A stretch of 34,373 nt of DNA from a virus. Both the position numbers and the translations under genes were made by a program. Below, in pieces: positions 17,690-25,190 of this stretch (positions within the stretch are counted from its first letter, which is position 1; every line of letters starts with the position of its first letter). The notes beneath the pieces are model-generated. The model was not told where the DNA came from. It did not search any database and worked only from the letters and a program-made list of their open reading frames with translations. The stretch lies in the IMG/VR virus record IMGVR_UViG_3300021963_000386. One strand, written 5' to 3'.

Positions 17690-18086
17690 ACTCCAGGGGC
17701 GCGCCGTCTGCGCCGGTCAGCTCGTGCGCCTGGGTTTCCTTCCACTTCATCTGGGTCTTGGACCACCAGATCATGGCCGCCGTGTCGCCGCCCATTGCCT
17801 TCTGGAACAGAGTGCGACCGACGCCAGAGTTCGCCTTGGCCTTGCCGGCCACCAGCTCGGTGGCAAAGTGCTTGCGCAGCGTGTCGGTGTCGATGCCGCC
17901 GCGCACCAGGATGGCGATCTGCTCGATTGGCAGGCCGTAGCCTGACATTGCCTCGACCTGTTTGCGCTCTGCGTCGGTCGGCTCAAAGGCCATCCGACCA
18001 GCGTTTTCCCGTGCGCCGCCGTTGTTTTTCCGGCCATCCGGCTTTTTTAGAACCGATTTTTCAATTGTGGGTTTTCGTGCTGCCAT
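17628..18086 (-). CDS. terS: Terminase small subunit, 152 aa
   Basis: It lies directly upstream of and overlaps terL. It carries an HTH-like segment and the motif AAMIWWSKTQMKWKE, which is common in small terminases. Confidence 0.7.
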   Translation of the reverse strand: MAARKPTIEKSVLKKPDGRKNNGGARENAGRMAFEPTDAERKQVEAMSGYGLPIEQIAILVRGGIDTDTLRKHFATELVAGKAKANSGVGRTLFQKAMGGDTAAMIWWSKTQMKWKETQAHELTGADGAPLEFAKIERVVIRGKADAENSDA

Positions 18087-19323
18087 CTTTAACCTCCGCG
18101 AAAGGTTGTCCAGTTTCTGCGTGAACTGCGATTTTGCCTGTGAACTCCTGCCAGCGCTTGACGATGACGTCGCAGTAGCGCGGGTCCAGCTCCATCAGCA
18201 TTGCCGTGCGGCCGTTCTTCTCGGCTGCGATCAGGGTGGTTCCGGAGCCGCCGAAGGAGTCGAGCACCAGGTCGCCGCCCTTTGTGTTGTTGAGCATCTG
18301 GTACTCGAACAGCGCCACCGGCTTCATGGTCGGATGCTCGCCGTTGCGGCTGGGCTTGTCGAACTCCAGGATGGTGGTCTGCTTGCGGTCAGCCGCCCAG
18401 AGGTGTCCAGCACCGTCTTTCCAGCCGTACAGGCACGGCTCGTGCTTCCAGTGGTAGTCCTGGCGTCCCATGACCATCGAGGACTTCTTCCAGATCAAGC
18501 ACTGCCGCACCGTCCATCCAGCGTCCTTGGCCGCGCCTCGGAAGTTGTAGCCCTCGCTGTCGGCGTGCCAGATGTAGAACACCGAGCCAGGTTTCATCAC
18601 CATGTCGGCAGCGGTGTAAGCATCGCGCAAGAACTGTCGAAACTGATCGTCGCCCATCTCGTCGTTTTTGATGGTCAGCTTTTCCTTTGTGCCGCCCTCG
18701 TAAGCCACGTTGTATGGTGGGTCTGTCAGCCACATATCCACCAGTTGGCCGCCAGTGAGTTTTGTCAGGTCGTCGACGCTGGTCGAATCACCACACAGAA
18801 GGCGGTGCTTTCCCATCACCCAGACGTCACCAGGCACTGTGACCGGGTTTTCTTGCACGGCCGGAGCATCGTCAGGATCGGTGAGGCCATCGGTGCCTTG
18901 CACTGGCATTAGCGCCGCGATCTCCTCATCGGTAAACCCCACCAGATTCAGATCGAACCCAAGATCACCTAGCTCACCCAGCTCGAGCGCCAGCAGATCG
19001 TTGTCCCAGCCGGCGTTCAGCGCCAGTTTGTTGTCGGCTATGACGTAGGCGCGTTTCTTGGCATCGCTCCAGCCTTTGGCCACCATGACAGGGACTTCGG
19101 TCATCTTGAGGCGTTGAGCTGCGAGGGTACGACCGTGGCCGGCAATGATGCTGCCGTCCTCATCCACCAGAACGGGTGTTGTCCAGCCCCATTCCTTGAT
19201 GCTGGCTGCCAGCTGGCTGATTTGTTCGTCGGAGTGGGTGCGGCTGTTGCGTGCGTAGGGCGTGAGCTTGTCGATGCTCCAGCGTTCGACTTTATCTGCG
19301 GGATTGTGGGTTTTTGTGGTCAT
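18061..19323 (-). CDS. ParB-like nuclease domain fused to an N6-adenine/N4-cytosine DNA methyltransferase, 420 aa
   Basis: The N-terminal ParB-type motif is IDKLTPYARNSRTHSDEQISQLAASIKEWGWTTPVLVD...IIAGHGR. The catalytic motif is TDPPYN. The SAM-binding motif LDSFGGSGTT lies near the C-terminus, giving a beta-class motif order. Confidence 0.85.
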   Translation of the reverse strand: MTTKTHNPADKVERWSIDKLTPYARNSRTHSDEQISQLAASIKEWGWTTPVLVDEDGSIIAGHGRTLAAQRLKMTEVPVMVAKGWSDAKKRAYVIADNKLALNAGWDNDLLALELGELGDLGFDLNLVGFTDEEIAALMPVQGTDGLTDPDDAPAVQENPVTVPGDVWVMGKHRLLCGDSTSVDDLTKLTGGQLVDMWLTDPPYNVAYEGGTKEKLTIKNDEMGDDQFRQFLRDAYTAADMVMKPGSVFYIWHADSEGYNFRGAAKDAGWTVRQCLIWKKSSMVMGRQDYHWKHEPCLYGWKDGAGHLWAADRKQTTILEFDKPSRNGEHPTMKPVALFEYQMLNNTKGGDLVLDSFGGSGTTLIAAEKNGRTAMLMELDPRYCDVIVKRWQEFTGKIAVHAETGQPFAEVKDGSTKTHN

Positions 19324-19502
19324 GCTGCATTGTCTTTCAGATTTTGTTGCCGCGCTAGTTTCATGGCATCTTTAAGGTCGAGGCGAAGCTGCTCGTTTGC
19401 GGCCTGCTCGGCCACCAGTCGTTCGTAGACCTCGGCTGCGAACTTGGCGAGGGTTTCTTGTTGCCAGCTTGCGAAGTTGGGGGAGTCGTGAATGGGTGTC
19501 AT
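19320..19502 (-). CDS. Hypothetical helical protein, 60 aa
   Basis: ORF-track ORF with ATGA overlaps at both ends to its neighbours. Confidence 0.5.
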   Translation of the reverse strand: MTPIHDSPNFASWQQETLAKFAAEVYERLVAEQAANEQLRLDLKDAMKLARQQNLKDNAA

Positions 19503-19882
19503 GTTCTGGCGCTCATGTTCGGAGTTACGAGATCATGCCATTTTTTATGGCAAGCGCGGCAAAGATAAGCAACGGGCCAGTAGTCGGCTTCATTGCCGAA
19601 TAAATACTGAGGTGCCCAATGGTGTAATTCACCTTCATCTGCATCGCACACTTCGCATTTAATTTGAATTTGTCGTTTCTCAATATATTCTGCTGTTCTT
19701 GTTTTTAAATATTTCAGCGGGCCATTTTCTCTGGCGTGTTCCAAGGCAATTCTTTTCTTCACATATTTTGCAAACACTTCTCCGCATGCTTTGCAGTAGA
19801 TCGGATAAACGGTCGCGCCCGATGTGATGTTGGTGATTCCGACATCAAGTTGGTCCGACCCACAGGTCTTGCACTTATCCAC
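19499..19882 (-). CDS. HNH-family endonuclease with an N-terminal zinc ribbon, 127 aa
   Basis: It starts at a GTG following AGGA. The motif CEVCDADEGELHHWAPQYLFGNEADYWPVAYLCRACHKKWH has the CxxC..HH..N..CxxCH layout. An N-terminal CKTCG...CKACG pair is also present. The gene is visibly AT-richer than its flanks. Confidence 0.65.
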   Translation of the reverse strand: MDKCKTCGSDQLDVGITNITSGATVYPIYCKACGEVFAKYVKKRIALEHARENGPLKYLKTRTAEYIEKRQIQIKCEVCDADEGELHHWAPQYLFGNEADYWPVAYLCRACHKKWHDLVTPNMSART

Positions 19883-19920
19883 AGGTTGTTCCTTTCAGGT
19901 CAAAAAATGCACATCGTGGC

Positions 19921-20031
19921 TGGGACAATGGGACACACCCTAAAGGTGTGTGTCCTGTCCTGTCCCAGGCTGCCTCGCCTTGTCCTCGGGACAAAAGTCC
20001 CAATTGTCCCAGTCCTGTCCCAATTGTCCCA
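19921..20031. repeat. Dense array of about 12 GGGACA/TGTCCC hexamers, with nested 15-bp direct repeats and palindromes
   Basis: Read directly. TGGGACA occurs at 19921 and 19929. TGTCC occurs at 19951 and 19956, and TGTCCCA at 19961. The palindrome TGTCCtcgGGACA spans 19981-19993 and GGGACaaaaGTCCC spans 19988-20001. GTCCCAATTGTCCCA occurs at 19997-20011 and again at 20017-20031. A hairpin ACACACC-ctaaa-GGTGTGT spans 19933-19951. Confidence 0.85.
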
Positions 20032-20033
20032 CT

Positions 20034-21923
20034 CTACTTTTCAGTCCTTCGGACCATCAAGGTTGCCGCTGTAGCGCTGTCACAGACCACCCAGCCATGT
20101 TGATGAGCACGAATAATTTGAGCGTTTAGCAGGTTATAAATTAACCTGCCTTTTTTACTTTCCTGGGCATAAGTTTTTGCAGTAGATTCTGTCAGTCCTT
20201 CATTTATCGTGAGATATTCAAGTAATGCACTGCGCGATAGATAAGGCATTTTGTCTCGGTCTTCAGCCCCAGCAGCCCACCAAGCGTTTGTGAATTTGCG
20301 AATATCTTTTTGAATTTCAGAATCCTTTTTTTCCTTTTTCTCCGGTGCATTTTCTTCAATCACAAATACTGCGCCTTTTATTTCCTCGCCATCCTCATCA
20401 ATCCATCCCAGCGGCACTGTCTCCAGCTTGCCGAAGAACGGATTCGGAGGCTCTGCGTCCTTCATCTTGGTGCAGGTAATCTCGATGCTGTTGTCGTTCT
20501 TGGAGACAAGAATGGAGGCATCAAGCGATGCCTTCCAGGCGCTGGAGCCACGCGCCCGCTGCTTGGATTCGGCTGCATGCCCGGTGTGGTGATTGAGGCA
20601 CACGCTGGAGCCAAGCGCCCTGGCCACGATGTTGCAGGCATTGAGCATGTTGCGGGTGTCCTTGGCGCTGTTCTCATCCCCAGACATGTGATTATTCACA
20701 GTGTCTATAAAGATTGCCACCGCATCGTCCTGGGTGATTTCGCGCACCGCGTTGATGATCTGGGCTGCCGCGGCTGGGCTGTCGATGTCGATTGCCTTGT
20801 TCGAGATCAGGAGGTTGTCCAATTCTTGGACATCGTGGGCCTTGCACCAGGCTGTCACCCGCTGGCGCAGGCCGTAGTTCCCTTCCCCGGCCATGTAGAC
20901 CACCAAGCCTGCTTTGGTCTTGTGGCCATGCCACTGCAAGCCTGCCGCGATATTGCAGGCCATGTCCAGGGTGATGAAGGTTTTGCCAGAGCCTGACTCA
21001 CCATAAACCATGCTCACGCCACTATCGGGAATCCAGCCCTTAATGATCCAGCGCAAGGGAGCGGGTTGGCCAAGATAGGAGGTGGCGCGGGTGAAAAAAT
21101 ATTCTTGCGTCTCTGCCTGGGCTGCTGACAAGATGAACTCGGCAGATTCTGAGCCGATGCTTGTTGAGGCCGCTACATCGCTCTCCGGCTCGTACCTGGC
21201 CACGCTCTTGACGATCTGGACCAACTCAGAGGATGGCAGAGGAATCTCGCAGCGGGTCTCATTGGCAATGGCCAGCGCGGCCATGATCTCGGCCTCTGTC
21301 ATGCCGTAGCGCCGCATCGCACCGCCCAGGGCTGTCAGGCCGTTGTTTCGACTGCCTTGAATCAGACCGCCGCCAGTGGTGCTGGCCTGGCGCTCCGCAG
21401 GCTTGCGCATCGCCCTGTAGGACTCAAGCCATTGGCTGGGGATCGTGAATGGTGCCACGCCGTCAAATGGATCGGATGAGGCTTCCCATTGATAGCTGCG
21501 CCCTTCAATGCTTGAGGGAAAGGCCACGAAGTAGCGCCCATCGGCCAGCAGGTCCACGCCTTCAGCGAGCTTACAAGACCTGATCTCTGGGTTGTAGACG
21601 CCGAGGTGATGCTCACCGCCGCCTGCGGTCATCTGCATGGCACCGTCTGGAAGCCGCCCATTGGCATCGAGCCATGCGGCCCATGACGCATCGCCACCGT
21701 TGCGAGGGTCGATGTCAAAGACGACTATGCCAGATCGCTCACCGGCTGCGATGCCGATGTTGAAGTCTGGGTTCTGTGCCCACCATCTGGCGATCTGCTC
21801 GGGGTCTGTGGTGGCATCCTTGACCCCATGCTGGGTGGCAGGAACTTTGCCATTGGGGACCACCGGGATGACATGCCAGCCCCAAGAGGCGTAGGTCAGG
21901 GCTGCTTCAGCTTTGCTGGTCAT
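20034..21923 (-). CDS. Bifunctional primase-polymerase (Prim-Pol) / RecA-like helicase-type ATPase, 629 aa
   Basis: The N-terminal Prim-Pol motifs are WGWHVIPVVPNGKVPATQHGVKDATTD...NIGIAAGERSGIVVFDIDPRNGG...GGGEHH. The central Walker A motif is VYGESGSGKTF, AAA_25/RepA-like. The last 100 or so codons are AT-rich. Confidence 0.85.
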   Translation of the reverse strand: MTSKAEAALTYASWGWHVIPVVPNGKVPATQHGVKDATTDPEQIARWWAQNPDFNIGIAAGERSGIVVFDIDPRNGGDASWAAWLDANGRLPDGAMQMTAGGGEHHLGVYNPEIRSCKLAEGVDLLADGRYFVAFPSSIEGRSYQWEASSDPFDGVAPFTIPSQWLESYRAMRKPAERQASTTGGGLIQGSRNNGLTALGGAMRRYGMTEAEIMAALAIANETRCEIPLPSSELVQIVKSVARYEPESDVAASTSIGSESAEFILSAAQAETQEYFFTRATSYLGQPAPLRWIIKGWIPDSGVSMVYGESGSGKTFITLDMACNIAAGLQWHGHKTKAGLVVYMAGEGNYGLRQRVTAWCKAHDVQELDNLLISNKAIDIDSPAAAAQIINAVREITQDDAVAIFIDTVNNHMSGDENSAKDTRNMLNACNIVARALGSSVCLNHHTGHAAESKQRARGSSAWKASLDASILVSKNDNSIEITCTKMKDAEPPNPFFGKLETVPLGWIDEDGEEIKGAVFVIEENAPEKKEKKDSEIQKDIRKFTNAWWAAGAEDRDKMPYLSRSALLEYLTINEGLTESTAKTYAQESKKGRLIYNLLNAQIIRAHQHGWVVCDSATAATLMVRRTEK

Positions 21924-22095
21924 TGCTCCGGCCTTCCAAGTAGGTGGACAGAGCCAGCATTACCTTGTAGGTCGGGTTGGCCTCAGGGTTGTCTCGCACC
22001 TCTCGGATGGTGTTGTAGTGCAGCCCGGTGGCCTCTGCCACCTTGACCGGCATGCGGTCAGATAGGGCATTTCGTATCTGCTCCAAGGTCATCAT
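21907..22095 (-). CDS. Cro-like small HTH regulator, 62 aa
   Basis: It is the first gene of the leftward early unit. The HTH segment is VKVAEATGLHYNTIREVR. Confidence 0.6.
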   Translation of the reverse strand: MMTLEQIRNALSDRMPVKVAEATGLHYNTIREVRDNPEANPTYKVMLALSTYLEGRSNDQQS

Positions 22096-22129
22096 TTTCA
22101 GTTCCCTATAAAAAAAAATTGGTGGGGTG

Positions 22130-22159
22130 TTGACATTCTACATTTTTTTGGAGTATAGT
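22130..22159 (+). promoter_or_regulatory. Rightward early sigma70-type promoter
   Basis: TTGACA (22130-22135), an 18-nt spacer, then TATAGT (22154-22159). It lies about 60 nt upstream of the first + gene. Confidence 0.65.
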
Positions 22160-22163
22160 GCAA
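22135..22163 (-). promoter_or_regulatory. Leftward early sigma70-type promoter, interdigitated with the rightward one
   Basis: On the minus strand: TTGCAC (22163-22158), a 17-nt spacer, then TAGAAT (22140-22135). Confidence 0.55.
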
Positions 22164-22218
22164 CCACTGCGCGAACGGAATCACCCAAAGGCGCAGCAAC
22201 TACCAAGGAGAGCCACTC

Positions 22219-22893
22219 ATGGCAATCAACGTGAAGAAGACCGCTGGCCTGACCGCCAACGGCGTAAAAGTCTTGGTCTATGGCCAAGCAGGGGCTGGCA
22301 AGACCAGCCTCATTAAAAGCCTGCCCAAGCCCATCGTTCTCTCGGCTGAAGGCGGCCTGTTGTCCATACAGGACGCCGACCTGCCATTCATTGAGATCAC
22401 CTCAATGACTGAGCTGCAGGAGGCTTACACCTGGCTGACCAGCAGCGACGAGGCCAAGTCCTACAAATCGGTGGCACTGGACAGCATCAGCGAGATCGCT
22501 GAGGTCTGCCTGAACACCGAGAAGAAGGCCACCAAAGACCCACGCCAGGCCTACGGTGCGATGCAGGAGCAGATGGCCGACATCATTCGCGCTTTCCGCG
22601 ATCTGCCTGGCCGCCATGTGTACATGAGCGCAAAGCTGGAGAAGACGCAGGACGAGATGGGACGGGTTCTGTACTCGCCCTCGATGCCTGGCAACAAGAC
22701 CGGCCAGGCGCTGCCTTACTTCTTCGACGAGGTGCTGGCCCTGCGTGTCGAGAAAGATGGCGACGGAGCCACCCAGCGTGCGCTGATGTGCGACTCGGAT
22801 GGACTCTGGCTGGCCAAGGATCGCAGCGGCAAGCTGGATGCCTGGGAGGCACCGGACCTGAGCGCAGTCATTTCCAAGATTGGAGGCAAGTGA
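22219..22893 (+). CDS. Sak4-like AAA_24-family ATPase (RecA-like recombination protein), 224 aa
   Basis: AAGGAG RBS. The Walker A motif is VLVYGQAGAGKTSL. Length and layout are typical of the phage AAA_24 family, and the gene is followed by a DUF669-type gene. Confidence 0.8.
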   Translation: MAINVKKTAGLTANGVKVLVYGQAGAGKTSLIKSLPKPIVLSAEGGLLSIQDADLPFIEITSMTELQEAYTWLTSSDEAKSYKSVALDSISEIAEVCLNTEKKATKDPRQAYGAMQEQMADIIRAFRDLPGRHVYMSAKLEKTQDEMGRVLYSPSMPGNKTGQALPYFFDEVLALRVEKDGDGATQRALMCDSDGLWLAKDRSGKLDAWEAPDLSAVISKIGGK

Positions 22894-23132
22894 TGGCAAA
22901 GATCATTCACACAGGTGGGCCAGCATTTCCACGCGCCGGCAAAGAATGGGGAGATAAAGCATGGACTGAAGCAATGGCGGAAGAAGGAATGAGCCTGCGA
23001 GATTACTTCGCCGCAAAGGCCATGCAAGCACTGTTAAGTCATCCAGACGGTGACCAAATTTCAAATCCCGTAATCTACGCGCAAGCAGCCTATGTACTGG
23101 CCGACGCGATGCTGGAAGTGAGGAAATCATGA
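22893..23132 (+). CDS. Hypothetical conserved phage protein, 79 aa (GMSLRDYFAAKAM motif)
   Basis: The track ORF 22788..23132 is trimmed to ATG 22893, which has a TGATG overlap with the upstream stop. Confidence 0.6.
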   Translation: MAKIIHTGGPAFPRAGKEWGDKAWTEAMAEEGMSLRDYFAAKAMQALLSHPDGDQISNPVIYAQAAYVLADAMLEVRKS

Positions 23133-23521
23133 TGCAGCCTGACCTGAAAGCACTAAGCGCAGACTGGCTGCGCTACAAGTCCGAAGAAGGCAATGCCACG
23201 ACTGAGCGTCGCAAGATCGAGGACAAGATCGTCAAGTTGCTGGCCTTGGCTGAGAACTTCGAGGGCACTGAGACTGCTGAGCCAGAAGGCTTTGTGGTCA
23301 AGATCGCTGGCCGCATTGACCGCAAGGTTGATTCCGACAAGCTGCAGGAGCTGGCCGCAGAGGCTGGCCTGACCGAACACCTGAGTAGCCTGTTTCGCTG
23401 GACGCCTGAGATCAACATGGCCATCTGGAAGGCCTCCGACGAGCGCATCACTCGGCCACTGGCTGGCGCAATCACGGCCAAGCCTGGCCGCCCTTCTTTC
23501 AAAATCACCATCAAGGAGTAA
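23129..23521 (+). CDS. Hypothetical protein, 130 aa
   Basis: ORF-track ORF with an ATGA-type overlap to the upstream gene, preceded by GAGGAA. Confidence 0.6.
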   Translation: MMQPDLKALSADWLRYKSEEGNATTERRKIEDKIVKLLALAENFEGTETAEPEGFVVKIAGRIDRKVDSDKLQELAAEAGLTEHLSSLFRWTPEINMAIWKASDERITRPLAGAITAKPGRPSFKITIKE

Positions 23522-23526
23522 TCATC

Positions 23527-24048
23527 ATGGCTTTTCTTGGACAAACTTTCGACGCAAACGAACTGCCGCAAGGCACTGGCGGCAACTTCGAGCCGCTGCC
23601 TGAAGGCAACTACAACGCCACTGTCACCCAGGCTGAACTGAAGGCCACCAACGACGGCACGGGCCAGTACATCAAGCTGCGCCTGGACATCACCGGACCG
23701 AGCCACCAGGGTCGGGTGATCTTCTCGAACCTCAACATCAAGAACGCTAGTGCCAAGGCCGAGGAGATTGGCCGCCAGCAGCTTGGCGACATCATGCGTG
23801 CAGTTGGGCTGGCCAAGGTGACCGACACCGACCAGCTCATCGGTGGCAATGTCAACATCAAGCTGACCATTCGAGCAGCACGCACCGACGAGAAGACCGG
23901 CAAGACCTACGAGGCCAGCAACGAGGTCAAGGGTTACCGTGCGATCAACGGTGGTGCAGCGCCAACCTTCCAGGCCGCTGCACCGGCAGCAGCACCGGCA
24001 GCAGCGTCTGCACCGGCCAAGGCCTCGCCGCCCTGGGTCAAGAAGTAA
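23527..24048 (+). CDS. DUF669-family phage ssDNA-binding protein, 173 aa
   Basis: FEPLPEGNYNATVTQAELKATNDGTGQYIKLRLDITGPSHQGRVIFSNLNIKN fits the DUF669 pattern. It is the usual partner of Sak4/AAA_24 genes. The C-terminal tail is Ala/Pro-rich. Confidence 0.75.
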   Translation: MAFLGQTFDANELPQGTGGNFEPLPEGNYNATVTQAELKATNDGTGQYIKLRLDITGPSHQGRVIFSNLNIKNASAKAEEIGRQQLGDIMRAVGLAKVTDTDQLIGGNVNIKLTIRAARTDEKTGKTYEASNEVKGYRAINGGAAPTFQAAAPAAAPAAASAPAKASPPWVKK

Positions 24049-24050
24049 GC

Positions 24051-24086
24051 AAGAAAAAGCCCCAGGAACCGTGAGGAACCTGGGGC
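24051..24086 (-). terminator. Terminator-like hairpin oriented for the minus strand, inside the + operon
   Basis: GCCCCAGG (24059-24066) pairs with CCTGGGGC (24079-24086), giving an 8-bp stem and a 12-nt loop. The minus strand then reads TTTTTCTT. There is no T-tract on the + side. Confidence 0.4.
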
Positions 24087-24114
24087 AATGGGCAACTACC
24101 AAAAGGAGACGGGC

Positions 24115-25146
24115 ATGAAGATACCCGAGTCAGAGCATACCATCCAGGCGCTGATTGACAAAGCGCACGAAGCAAAAGCTGAGCAGCCAAGGGGCCACAT
24201 GGGCTGCAGCCAGCTTGGCCACGCATGCGACCGCTGGCTGTGGCTGTCGTTTCGCTGGGCTGTGCAGTCAAAGTTCCCTGGCCGCATCCTGCGTTTGTTC
24301 CGCAGGGGCCAGCTCGAGGAGGCCAACATCATCAGCGACCTGCGAGCCATTGGCATGGACATTCGCAGCACATCAGGCAAGCAGACCAGGGTAGACCTTG
24401 GCTGCCATGTGTCCGGCAGCCTGGACGCCATCATCGAGTCTGGCGTGCCAGAAGCGCCCAAGAAGCGCCATGTGGCCGAGTTCAAGACGCACAGCAAGAA
24501 GTCATTTGATGACCTGGTGAAAGAAGGCGTGGAGAAGTCCAAGCCCGAGCATTTTGTGCAGATGCAGCTCTACATGCACGGCACCAAGATCGACCGTGCC
24601 TTTTATCTGGCTGTCTGCAAGGACGATGACCGTATCCACACCGAGCGAGTGCGTTACGACAAAGAAGTGGCCGAGAAGTACATCCAGCGAGGCCACAGGC
24701 TGGCCACAGAGGATCGGATGCCGCCACCGATCAGCACAGACCCGAGCTGGTATCAGTGCAAGTTTTGCGATGCGCACGAGTTCTGCCACAGCACAAAGAC
24801 AACCAAGCATGTGAACTGCCGCACCTGTGCACACAGCACGTCCACCAAGGCCAGCGAGTGGCACTGCGCCAAGTGGGATGCTGTGATTCCAGTGGATGCC
24901 CAGCGCACTGGATGTGAAGGACATGTCCTACATCCTGATCTGGTGGCCTGGCAGCGCAAGGACGGGCCAGACGAGTGGACGGCTGTTTATGAGATCAATG
25001 GCACGAATGTGGCCAACGGAGACCCTGAGCAAGAAGGCGTGTTCAGCTCCAAGGAGCTGCTTGCAAACGCTGCTGCCTGTGCGGATAAGGGCTGGACTCA
25101 ACTGCATGATCTGCGCAAGCAGTTTGGTGGGAGGGTGGTGGGTTGA
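24115..25146 (+). CDS. Cas4/RecB-like PD-(D/E)xK exonuclease with CX2CX5C cluster and an extra Cys/His-rich C-terminal domain, 343 aa
   Basis: ATG 24115 follows AAGGAG with a 6-nt spacer; the track start at 24088 is also possible. The nuclease motifs are GSLDAII ... VAEFKTH ... QMQLYM. YQCKFCDAHEFC is the CX2CX5C cluster. The tail contains NCRTCAHS...HCAKW...GCEGHVLH. Confidence 0.75.
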   Translation: MKIPESEHTIQALIDKAHEAKAEQPRGHMGCSQLGHACDRWLWLSFRWAVQSKFPGRILRLFRRGQLEEANIISDLRAIGMDIRSTSGKQTRVDLGCHVSGSLDAIIESGVPEAPKKRHVAEFKTHSKKSFDDLVKEGVEKSKPEHFVQMQLYMHGTKIDRAFYLAVCKDDDRIHTERVRYDKEVAEKYIQRGHRLATEDRMPPPISTDPSWYQCKFCDAHEFCHSTKTTKHVNCRTCAHSTSTKASEWHCAKWDAVIPVDAQRTGCEGHVLHPDLVAWQRKDGPDEWTAVYEINGTNVANGDPEQEGVFSSKELLANAAACADKGWTQLHDLRKQFGGRVVG

Positions 25147-25190
25147 TGCTGCGTGACTACCAACAGCGAACCATTGACCAGCTTTATGCG
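25146..25190 (+). pseudogene. Relic 5' end of the helicase gene (MLRDYQQRTIDQLYA), now fused in frame to the HNH ORF
   Basis: ATG 25146 has a TGATG overlap with the nuclease stop. These 15 codons are a diverged copy of helicase codons ELREYQSRALDMLYA at 25907..25951. Both copies end in TATGCGT. Confidence 0.5.

Noticed and set aside
19951-19993. P2 Ogr-type late-promoter element (TGT-N12-ACA) within the array.
   Set aside because: I checked each TGT in the array and none is followed by ACA at a 12-nt spacing. The palindromes here are TGTCC-N3-GGACA and GGGAC-N4-GTCCC.
19921-20031. The hexamer array read as a CRISPR array or a simple tandem repeat.
   Set aside because: The units are 6-15 bp, occur in both orientations, and have no spacer-like unique segments of 25-40 bp. 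No cas genes are present.
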